Shown here: piece by piece, positions 1 through 7,608 of the stretch | How the letters are laid out: every line of letters starts with the position of its first letter | Numbering within the stretch: position 1 is the first letter of the stretch | Assembly: GCA_041653555.1 (NCBI GenBank) | Contig: JBAZFE010000001.1 | Coordinates: forward strand, 1-41,894 | DNA from: Candidatus Omnitrophota bacterium | Lineage (GTDB): Bacteria > Omnitrophota > Gorgyraeia > Pluralincolimonadales > Pluralincolimonadaceae | Direction: 5' to 3' | Length of the DNA stretch: 41,894 nucleotides | The notes under the pieces: generated by a model | Seen by the model: the letters and a program-made list of their open reading frames with translations, nothing else | What the model was told of the DNA's origin: nothing | The model's database searches: none | Program-made: the position numbers and the translations under genes

Positions 1-1173
1 CGCCTGGCGAAGGAAAGCGCGCAGGCCGTTCGCGAAGGTCAGCCCTATCTCGGACTTGACCTGGACCTGCGTTATGCCCATAAGTTCGTATTCGATCGGG
101 TCCTCTATCGTGACGATGTTCTTCTCGGGGGTGTTGAGTATGTTCAATATCGAATAAAGCGTCGTCGACTTGCCGCTTCCGGTGGGCCCTGTGACAAGGA
201 ACATTCCGTAAGGCTTCGAGATGGCCTCCCTGAGCTCCTCGAGCGTCTTGGGCAGGAACCCGAGCTTCTCCGGCGAAACCTTTATGCTCTGCTTGTCGAG
301 GACCCGGCAGACCACCTTTTCGCCGTGGACCAGCGGCAACGTCGAGACCCTGAAATCTATCTCGCGCTCGTCCATCCTGACCTTGAACCTTCCGTCCTGC
401 GGTAGCCGCCATTCCGTGATATCCATGTCGGACATGATCTTCACCCTCGTCAGGACCGCGGCCTGGTTTGATTTCGGAAGGTGCAGGAACTCGGTAAGCG
501 CGCCGTCTATCCTGTAGCGTATGCGCATATCTTTCTCGAGCGGTTCTATATGGATATCCGAAGCCCTGCGCTTCAACGCTTCGCTCACTATGACATCGAC
601 CATCTTCAGTATCGGGGCCTTCTGGCTCTCTATGGCCAGCGAGGATACGTCGTATCTCTCCTCGTCCCCGTTGTCGGACATTACCTCGATGTCATCGGAA
701 CCCACGTCCTGCATTATCTTGTTTATCGAGAGCATCTCTTCGCCGTAATACGTCGCTATCGCTTCCTTGATGTCCTTATCGGTGGCAAGCACGGGGTCTA
801 TCTCGTACTTGGTCAGGATCTTCAGGTCATCGAGCGCGAAGATATCGAGCGGGTCCGACATCGCGACCGTCATGCGGCTGCCTATCTTGGATACCGGTAT
901 GACGTGGTAAAGCCGGGAGACCTTTTCCGGCACGAGCGAAATTATCTCCTTGTCTATCTTATACTTCGAAAGGTTTATCGGGGTTATCCCGAACTCCTGG
1001 CTGAAGACCGAAAGCAGCTCGTTCTCGTTAACCAGGCCTTTCTCCACAAGGATCTTGCTGAGGTTGCCGCCCCTTTCGTGCTGCGCCTTTATCGCCTCGT
1101 CCAGCTTTTCCTTGGATATGAAGCCCTTGCTTACAAGCACATCCGCTATTTTATCCCTTAGGCTCTTTGCCAT
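1..1173 (-). CDS. PilB/GspE-family type IV pilus assembly ATPase, second tandem copy; C-terminus runs off the left window edge
   Basis: Absent from the ORF track because it is open at the edge. My minus-strand translation from the ATG at 1173-1171 gives MAKSLRDKIADVLVSKGFISKEKLDEAIKAQHERGGNLSKILVEKGLVNENELLSVFSQEFGITPINLSKYKIDKEII (T2SSE_N/MshEN-type N-domain). Further in frame I read ITEWRLPQDGRFKVRMDERE, and bases 204-1 give MFLVTGPTGSGKSTTLYSILNILNTPEKNIVTIEDPIEYELMGITQVQVKSEIGLTFANGLRAFLRQA (Walker A and Asp box). The gene starts 5 nt after the stop of the upstream pilB. Confidence 0.88.
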   Translation of the reverse strand, partial: MAKSLRDKIADVLVSKGFISKEKLDEAIKAQHERGGNLSKILVEKGLVNENELLSVFSQEFGITPINLSKYKIDKEIISLVPEKVSRLYHVIPVSKIGSRMTVAMSDPLDIFALDDLKILTKYEIDPVLATDKDIKEAIATYYGEEMLSINKIMQDVGSDDIEVMSDNGDEERYDVSSLAIESQKAPILKMVDVIVSEALKRRASDIHIEPLEKDMRIRYRIDGALTEFLHLPKSNQAAVLTRVKIMSDMDITEWRLPQDGRFKVRMDEREIDFRVSTLPLVHGEKVVCRVLDKQSIKVSPEKLGFLPKTLEELREAISKPYGMFLVTGPTGSGKSTTLYSILNILNTPEKNIVTIEDPIEYELMGITQVQVKSEIGLTFANGLRAFLRQA

Positions 1174-1177
1174 ATCA

Positions 1178-2881
1178 TCAGTCCTGTTCGCCCAGCGTGA
1201 CCCGAACGACCTCTTCGAGCGTAGTCGAACCCTCGAATACCTTCCTTAGCCCGGATTCCCTCAACGTTACCAGCCCGGCGCGGCGCGCCGCCTCATATAT
1301 CTGCGTCTCGTGCGCCCTTTTGGCTATAAGGTCCCTCAGTTCGGAGTTGATAGCCACCGCTTCCATCAGGCCTATCCTGCCCCTGAATCCGGTCTTATAA
1401 CAATATTCGCAGCCCCTGCCCCTGTAGAATTTTATGTCCGCCGAGGGCACTTTTATCTTAAGCTTCTCGAGTATCGGTTTGGGTATATCGTATGATTCCT
1501 TGCAGCGCGGGCATACTTTCCTGATAAGCCTCTGCGCCCCGACCATCACCACCGATGAGCTGATAAGGAACGGCTCGACCCCCATGTTGACGAGCCTCAT
1601 GATGACGCCGGTGGCGGTGTTCGTATGCAGCGTGCTCAATACGAGGTGGCCCGTCAGGGCGGCCTTGATCGCGATATCGACGGTCTCAAGGTCCCTGATC
1701 TCCCCGACCATTATGACATTCGGATCCTGGCGCAATATGGACCGCAGGCATGCGGCATATGTGAGTCCAATATTCGCGTTTATATTCACCTGGTTGATGC
1801 CCGGCAAAAGGTACTCGACGGGGTCTTCTACGGTAACGAAATTCTTCTCCGGCGCGTCTATGTTCTTGATCACCGAGTAGAGCGTGGTCGTCTTTCCGGA
1901 ACCGGCAGGCCCGCACACGAGGATCATGCCGTGGGGGCGCTTTGCGGCTTTCTTGAGGACTTCAAGCGGCTCCTTCTCGAAACCCAGCTTGTCGACATCG
2001 AGCATAGCCTGCGACTTATCGAGGATCCTCAGCGCGACCTTCTCGCCGAAAGCGGTGGGAACGGTCGAGACCCTGAAGTCGACCTCCCTGTCCTGTATCC
2101 TTATCTTGAACCTTCCGTCCTGCGGGAGGCGGCGCTCGGCGATGTTCAGGTTCGACATGACCTTTATCCTCGATATCATGGCCGATTGTATCGTCCTCGG
2201 CAGCGACTGCGCTTCCCTGAAGGTCCCGTCTATCTTATACCTTATGCGCAGCCTGTCTTCCATCGGCTCTATCAGGATATCGCTCGCCCTGGCTTTGGTG
2301 GCATCCATGACGACGGCGCCCGTAAGTTTGACGACCGGGGTATCGATCGCATCCTTCATGTCATAAGACGCGTCTTCGTCTTTCTTCGTCGAGATAAGCT
2401 CTATATTCGTCTCTTTAACGAGGTCTTCTATCGTAGAGGTGGCCGCGCTTCCGTAATGCTGCTCTATCGCGGCCTTCACGTCATCGGCGGTGGTTATGAT
2501 GGGGCTTATATCCATGCCGGTCACGTTCTTTATGTCATCGAGCGCGAACACATTGAGCGGGTCGGACATCGCGACGGTAAGGACATTGCCCATCTTCGAG
2601 ACCGGCATTATCTGGTAGTTGACGGCTATCTTCTTGGGTATGAACTTGGATATTTCGGGGTCTATCTTGTATTTTGACAGGGATATGGGCGGGATGCCGA
2701 GTTCCTGGCTTAAGATCGCCAGCAGGTCCCTTTGGTTTATGACGCCCTGGGAGACGAGGATGTCCCCCAAGGAACCGCCTTTATCCTTCTGGACCTGGAG
2801 GGCCTGATTAAGTTTCTCCTCCGAAATGGTGCCTTTCTTTATGAGTATCTCGCTTAGCCGTTCTTTTATTCCCGATGGCAT
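1178..2881 (-). CDS. pilB: Type IV pilus assembly (extension) ATPase PilB
   Basis: 567-aa ORF. N-terminal T2SSE_N/MshEN domain (RLSEILIKKGTISEEKLNQALQVQ-KDKGG-SLGDILVSQGVINQRDL). Walker A GPAGSGKTT, Asp box VEDPVEY, Walker B VIMVGEIRD, His box TGHLVLSTLHTN, C-terminal CPRC...CEYC tetracysteine cluster. Confidence 0.93.
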   Translation of the reverse strand: MPSGIKERLSEILIKKGTISEEKLNQALQVQKDKGGSLGDILVSQGVINQRDLLAILSQELGIPPISLSKYKIDPEISKFIPKKIAVNYQIMPVSKMGNVLTVAMSDPLNVFALDDIKNVTGMDISPIITTADDVKAAIEQHYGSAATSTIEDLVKETNIELISTKKDEDASYDMKDAIDTPVVKLTGAVVMDATKARASDILIEPMEDRLRIRYKIDGTFREAQSLPRTIQSAMISRIKVMSNLNIAERRLPQDGRFKIRIQDREVDFRVSTVPTAFGEKVALRILDKSQAMLDVDKLGFEKEPLEVLKKAAKRPHGMILVCGPAGSGKTTTLYSVIKNIDAPEKNFVTVEDPVEYLLPGINQVNINANIGLTYAACLRSILRQDPNVIMVGEIRDLETVDIAIKAALTGHLVLSTLHTNTATGVIMRLVNMGVEPFLISSSVVMVGAQRLIRKVCPRCKESYDIPKPILEKLKIKVPSADIKFYRGRGCEYCYKTGFRGRIGLMEAVAINSELRDLIAKRAHETQIYEAARRAGLVTLRESGLRKVFEGSTTLEEVVRVTLGEQD

Positions 2882-2897
2882 AAGCTGTCAGGCTCTC

Positions 2898-3344
2898 CTA
2901 TTTTTTGTAAAACTTATCTATGCACTGCTTTATATCCGTCGCGGTGGATACGAATATCTGTATGGAACAGCCCGTCACGAGCTCGATATCCTCTATGGCC
3001 TGCGTGTTAAGCGGGTCGGCCATAGCTATCGTCACGGTGTTGCCGATCTTGTCTATGGGTATCAGGCAATACTGGCGCGCGACGTTCTCCGGCACCATCT
3101 TTATCGCCGCCTCATCCATATCGTAATTCGACAGAGGCAGGTACGGGAAACCGTACTGGACCGTTATCGCCTGGGCGATCTGCTCTTCCGTCACGTATCC
3201 GAGCCCGGCCAGTATCTGCCCCAGGAGCCCGCCCTTCTCCTTCTGGACCTTAAGCGCCTCGTCCAATTGGGCCTGCTTTATGACTCCCTTCTCCAGGAGC
3301 AGCTGTCCTATCGTCTTCGTTATAACGCGTCTGGCTGAAGCCAT
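2898..3344 (-). CDS. Stand-alone T2SSE_N / MshEN-like domain protein (N-terminal domain of PilB/GspE with no ATPase core)
   Basis: The 148-aa ORF aligns along its whole length with residues ~1-145 of the adjacent PilB (LGQILAGLGYVTEEQIAQAITVQYGFPYLPLSNYDMDEAAIKMVPENVARQYCLIPIDKIGNTVTIAMADPLN). It ends before any Walker A motif. It lies between pilT and pilB with short gaps of 6 and 16 nt. Confidence 0.8.
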   Translation of the reverse strand: MASARRVITKTIGQLLLEKGVIKQAQLDEALKVQKEKGGLLGQILAGLGYVTEEQIAQAITVQYGFPYLPLSNYDMDEAAIKMVPENVARQYCLIPIDKIGNTVTIAMADPLNTQAIEDIELVTGCSIQIFVSTATDIKQCIDKFYKK

Positions 3345-3350
3345 ATTCCC

Positions 3351-4418
3351 CTATTTCCTAAAAAGCCTGTCAAGGTCGTCCGGATCCGTGCTGCGCAGTA
3401 TTGCGTCTTCATAGGAAATCATCTTCTTCGAATAGAGCTCGAAAAGGGTCTGGTTCATCGTCCTCATGCCTTCCTTCTGGCTCGTCTGAATCACGGAATA
3501 AAGCTGGTGTGTCTTGGCTTCGCGTATGAGGCTCCTTACGGCGGGCGTAGCTATCAAAACCTCGGTTGCCAGCACCCTTCCGTGGCCGGAGGCCTTCGGG
3601 ATAAGCTGCTGAGCCATGATCCCAAGAAGGACGAACGAAAGCTGGACCCTTACCTGCTGCTGCTGGTGCGCCGGGAAGACGTCGATGACCCTGTTTATCG
3701 TCTGCACGGCGTCGGACGTATGCAGTGTCGAGAATACGAGATGCCCGGTCTCGGCTATATCCAGCGCCGCCTCGATAGTCTCGAGGTCTCTCATCTCACC
3801 GATAAGTATAACGTTGGGATCCTGCCTCAAGACGTGTTTCAATGACTGCGCGAAGGATTGCGTGTCGCTGCCGACCTCGCGTTGGTCCACGAGGGCCTTC
3901 TTGTTCTTATGCGCGTATTCTATTGGGTCTTCGATGATCACTATATGGCAATTCCTCTCGGAATTGATCTTATCCACCATGGAGGCCAGCGTCGTCGACT
4001 TGCCGCTTCCGGTCGCCCCGGTCACAAGCACAAGCCCCTTGGGCCTCTTGCACAGGTCTTCCGCTACGCTGAGGGGCAGCCCGCATTCCTCAAAGCTCAT
4101 GATATGCAGCGGCAGCAGCCTGACGGCCGCGCCGACATAACCCCTCTGCACGAAAACATTGACCCTGAAACGCCCGAGGCCCTCGATGCCGAACGAGACG
4201 TCAAGCTCGAGCTCGCGCTCGAACTTCTCGATCTGCTGCGGCTTGAGCATGCTGTAAGCGAGCCTCTTAGTGTCTTCGGCGGCCAGGACCGCAAATTCCG
4301 TTGCGACAAGCTTTTCATCTATCCTGAGCTGCGGCGGGGAGGAATATGATATATGGAGGTCCGATGCCCCCTTTTGGACCATAAGTTTCAGCAGTGTCTC
4401 TATCTGGACGTTTACCAT
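3351..4418 (-). CDS. pilT: Type IV pilus retraction ATPase PilT
   Basis: 355-aa ORF with no T2SSE_N domain. Walker A GATGSGKST, Asp box IEDPIEY, Walker B VILIGEMRD, His box ETGHLVFSTLHT. N-terminus MVQKGASDLHIS..PPQLRIDEKL is typical of PilT. Confidence 0.93.
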   Translation of the reverse strand: MVNVQIETLLKLMVQKGASDLHISYSSPPQLRIDEKLVATEFAVLAAEDTKRLAYSMLKPQQIEKFERELELDVSFGIEGLGRFRVNVFVQRGYVGAAVRLLPLHIMSFEECGLPLSVAEDLCKRPKGLVLVTGATGSGKSTTLASMVDKINSERNCHIVIIEDPIEYAHKNKKALVDQREVGSDTQSFAQSLKHVLRQDPNVILIGEMRDLETIEAALDIAETGHLVFSTLHTSDAVQTINRVIDVFPAHQQQQVRVQLSFVLLGIMAQQLIPKASGHGRVLATEVLIATPAVRSLIREAKTHQLYSVIQTSQKEGMRTMNQTLFELYSKKMISYEDAILRSTDPDDLDRLFRK

Positions 4419-4433
4419 TGGCTCTCCTTAAGA

Positions 4434-5879
4434 TTATGAGTTGACCAGATTCTTCCCGCGCGATTTCGCGTCGTTGAGCGCGGCCGAGGCCTTCTTTATT
4501 AATTCGTCGGCTGTAACACCGTCGATCGGATTCTCGCTTACCCCTCCGCTGACCGTGACAAAATTCCTCGGATAGCCCTGGCCGCCCGATATGCCGAACG
4601 CTTCCACCCGCTGCCGGAGCGCCTCGGCTATGGTATTGGCCTGTTTCTTGTTCTTCTCCGGCAATATGACCGCAAATGTGTCGCCGGTTAGCCTGCCGAC
4701 CCTGTCGACCTCGGTAATATTGGATTCGACGACCTTGCCTATCTTCTTGATCGTCTCCTCGGACGCAAGCTCGCCGTTGATATCCCTGTACAGGTTGAGG
4801 TCATCGATATTGAACAACAGGAAAGAGCAGGGGCGCTGGTACAATACGGCGCGCCTTATCTCCTCTTCCAGGCGGTTAAGGATGAACTTTTCATTGTAGA
4901 GGCCGGTAAGCTCGTCCTTTATCGCGAGTTCCTTCGCCTTGTTCGTCAGCAGTTCGTTCTCGACCGCTATCGCTATCTGTTTCGCAAAAAGTTTTATGAG
5001 TTCTACGTCGTCGTCCTTATATTCAAAATCCGTAGCGGGGTTGCCGAAACCGAGAAGCCCGAAACCTATGCTGTGCGCGACGACCGGGAAGAGCACGCAG
5101 TTCTTCAGGCCGAAGACCCTCAGGAACTCCTCCATATCCGACGATGATTTAGAGCGCCTGTCTATCACGGCGGTCTTGCCCTCGGCCATCAGCTTCCCGA
5201 GATAACCGACCCCCCTCTTGAGCCTGAAAGATAAAAGCTCGTCCTTCAGGCCATGGCTTGCCTTTAACGCAAGCATCTCCTTCTCCTCGCTGAGCAACAG
5301 GAAGACGGACGAATCGTCCGCAAGCTGGGCTATCTTGTCTATAACTATCTTTGTCGTCTCATCGAGCGGGGAACCCTGGGTTATCAGGCTGCTCACCTGC
5401 AGGAGGCTCGACAGCACGAGGACTTTCTTGCTTATCTCAACGTTTATCTCTTTGGTCCTCTCTCCGTAGGACCTCAATTCGTCCATGTTCTCGCGTATGC
5501 GGCGCGTAAGCACGTTCAGGGTCGACCCGAGTTCGCCTATCTCGTCCTCGCTCCTGACGTTTATATTGCCCGACAGGTCGCCCTTCGCGATATCCTTCGC
5601 CTTTATCGCCATATCGATGATGGGCGATACGATATCCTTAACGATCTTGAACCCGAGCAGCGCAATGACTATAGTGATGACCAGGACCGCCGAGAGGTCT
5701 TTCAGCTCGACATTAGGGTCCCCTATGATGTTGAGGAACGGGAAGATATAGTTGAAGAAAAGGTAGACACAGATCGCGAGCGGGATAAAGGACATAAGGC
5801 AAAAAGCTACGGTAAGTTTGTAGCGAAGGCCTGCAGGAACCAGTGACAGCTTCTTGATAAATCCGGCCATCTCTATCAT
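4434..5879 (-). CDS. Membrane-bound HAMP-GAF-GGDEF protein with a degenerate GGDEF active site (TGDTF)
   Basis: 481-aa ORF. Two N-terminal TM helices, a HAMP segment (IVSPIIDMAIKAKDIAKGDLSGNINVRSEDEIGELGSTLNVLTRRI), a GAF-like middle and a C-terminal GGDEF fold (DELTGLYNEKF...FNIDDLNLYRDINGELASEE...RLTGDTFAVILPE). The signature reads TGDTF instead of GG(D/E)EF, and the RxxD I-site position reads TEVD. An ATG at 5870 with a better-spaced GGGAG Shine-Dalgarno is an alternative start. Confidence 0.85.
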   Translation of the reverse strand: MIEMAGFIKKLSLVPAGLRYKLTVAFCLMSFIPLAICVYLFFNYIFPFLNIIGDPNVELKDLSAVLVITIVIALLGFKIVKDIVSPIIDMAIKAKDIAKGDLSGNINVRSEDEIGELGSTLNVLTRRIRENMDELRSYGERTKEINVEISKKVLVLSSLLQVSSLITQGSPLDETTKIVIDKIAQLADDSSVFLLLSEEKEMLALKASHGLKDELLSFRLKRGVGYLGKLMAEGKTAVIDRRSKSSSDMEEFLRVFGLKNCVLFPVVAHSIGFGLLGFGNPATDFEYKDDDVELIKLFAKQIAIAVENELLTNKAKELAIKDELTGLYNEKFILNRLEEEIRRAVLYQRPCSFLLFNIDDLNLYRDINGELASEETIKKIGKVVESNITEVDRVGRLTGDTFAVILPEKNKKQANTIAEALRQRVEAFGISGGQGYPRNFVTVSGGVSENPIDGVTADELIKKASAALNDAKSRGKNLVNS

Positions 5880-5890
5880 CTCCCTTCCAC

Positions 5891-5921
5891 TTTTTAATTA
5901 ATTCAAAGGATTAATTAAAAA
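5891..5921 (-). promoter_or_regulatory. Perfect 12-bp-arm AT-rich palindrome (operator-like) between the -10 box and the start of the GGDEF-like gene
   Basis: TTTTTAATTAAT (5891-5902), a 7-nt spacer, then ATTAATTAAAAA (5910-5921). The arms are exact reverse complements. The right arm abuts the -10 hexamer. Confidence 0.5.
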
Positions 5922-5949
5922 GTATACTCTTAACGTAATTAAGTGTCAA
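5921..5949 (-). promoter_or_regulatory. Sigma70-type promoter for the pilus-motor operon
   Basis: The minus strand reads TTGACA (5949-5944), a 17-nt spacer, then TATACT (5926-5921). It sits in the 76-nt AT-rich gap between the radical SAM stop and the GGDEF-like start. Confidence 0.6.
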
Positions 5950-5955
5950 ACATAT

Positions 5956-7608
5956 TTATCTCAGTCCGATGAATTTCCAGGGCAGCTTTTCTTCTAACCC
6001 CCTTTGCCTCAATGAATAAGCATCGGGATCGATGGATGCGTCCTTGAACGCGTCCAGCCATCTTTGGAAGTCAAAATGCTCCCTCCAGCTGTCGAATTTT
6101 GCGCCTCTTTTCCAGGCAGAATGGATAGCCCCGGAAAGCGCCCTGTCGCCCCTGGCAAATACTGCCTCTATATAGCTCATCTGGGCATCATGAAAGCTGA
6201 ATTTGATGCGCGTGCCCCTGGCCTTTTCCCTGATATAGCGCTGCCTCCTGAGGGCCTCATCGAAACGTATCATAGGCTCCCTTTCAAAGCGCGTATGCGG
6301 CTTCGGGACAAATATCGATACAGATACGTTTATGTCGGCGGGCCTCCCGTCCACCTTCCTGCGGACCTCCGAGATCTCCTTTGCCAGCCCGACAAGCGCA
6401 TCGAGGTCGGAATCGTCTTCCTGCGGAAGCCCTATCATGAAGTACAGCTTAACGTTGAGCCACTTGTTCTTGAAGGCCTGGTAGGCGCATTCCTTCAGCG
6501 CATCGACAGGTATATTCTTGTTGATTATCTTCCTCATCTTGTCGCTGCCCACCTCGGGGGCGAACGTAAGCCCGGTATGCCTGCCGGATGAAAGCTCGAC
6601 GGGGAAACGGCTCGTCATCTCCTCCACCCTTAGAGACGGAAAAGATACGCTGACCGCCCTTTCCTTGAAAGCCGCGGTAAGGGACGTGATTATCTCCATT
6701 ATCTGCGGATGGTCGCCGGACGAGAGCGATACCAGCGATACCTCGTCGTAACCGGTATTCCTGTAGATCTCCTCAGCCAATTTAATTATTCTGCCGGCGG
6801 AGCGGAAACGGTTGGGGCCGTATATCGCACATGCCTGGCAGAAGTTGCACGCCCTCCTGCATCCGCGCATGATCTCCACCTGTATCCTGTCATGCACCGT
6901 CTCTATGAATGGCACAACCGGCTTCAGGGGATAATACGCGTTCTCGAAATCCTCAACGATACGCTTCCTTACGCTGCCCGGGAACGCGGGCACATAAACG
7001 CCTTCGATCGAGGCGAGCGAGCGAAGCAGGTCGTTCCGTCCCAGCTTCCTCTTTTTTCCGTCGATAACGGCATCCGCTATCTCCGGGACAGCCTCCTCGC
7101 CTTCGCCTATCAGGAAGCAATCGAAGAAATCGGCGAGCGGTTCCGGGTTGAACGCGCACGGGCCGCCGCCTATGATCACCGGGTCGGTATCGCTGCGGTC
7201 CTTGCCGAACAACGGTATGCCGGCAAGGTCCAGCATATTCAGGATATTCGTATACGATAATTCGTACTGGAGGGAAAAACCTACTATGTCGAAATCCCTT
7301 ACCGGGCCCTTCGATTCGAGGGCGAAGAGCGGGATGCCGTTATCGCGCATGACCTTCTCCATATCGTGCCACGGCGCGAAGACGCGTTCGCACGCGATAT
7401 CCTGACGGTCATTGAGCAGGGAATATAATATCTTGAGGCCGAGGTGGCTCATGCCCACCTCGTAAGTGTCCGGGAAGCATAACGCGACCCTGCATGTTAC
7501 GCCGTCCCCGGCCGGCTTCGTTACGCTGTTCCACTCGCCTCCCGTATACCTGGCCGGTTTGCTGACGCTGAGCAATAGGCTGTCATCCAGCACGCCGGCC
7601 GGCATCAA
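5956..7608 (-). CDS. Radical SAM protein with an N-terminal B12-binding-like domain; resembles the uncharacterised radical SAM family (recalled as TIGR03960) that often sits near cell-shape genes
   Basis: 550-aa ORF. CxxxCxxC cluster motif in MRGCRRACNFCQA. The N-terminus KPARYTGGEWN and the FPDTYEVGMSHLGLKILY block are typical of that family as I recall it. The start ATG overlaps the rodA stop (ATGA, 7605-7608). Confidence 0.8.
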   Translation of the reverse strand: MMPAGVLDDSLLLSVSKPARYTGGEWNSVTKPAGDGVTCRVALCFPDTYEVGMSHLGLKILYSLLNDRQDIACERVFAPWHDMEKVMRDNGIPLFALESKGPVRDFDIVGFSLQYELSYTNILNMLDLAGIPLFGKDRSDTDPVIIGGGPCAFNPEPLADFFDCFLIGEGEEAVPEIADAVIDGKKRKLGRNDLLRSLASIEGVYVPAFPGSVRKRIVEDFENAYYPLKPVVPFIETVHDRIQVEIMRGCRRACNFCQACAIYGPNRFRSAGRIIKLAEEIYRNTGYDEVSLVSLSSGDHPQIMEIITSLTAAFKERAVSVSFPSLRVEEMTSRFPVELSSGRHTGLTFAPEVGSDKMRKIINKNIPVDALKECAYQAFKNKWLNVKLYFMIGLPQEDDSDLDALVGLAKEISEVRRKVDGRPADINVSVSIFVPKPHTRFEREPMIRFDEALRRQRYIREKARGTRIKFSFHDAQMSYIEAVFARGDRALSGAIHSAWKRGAKFDSWREHFDFQRWLDAFKDASIDPDAYSLRQRGLEEKLPWKFIGLR

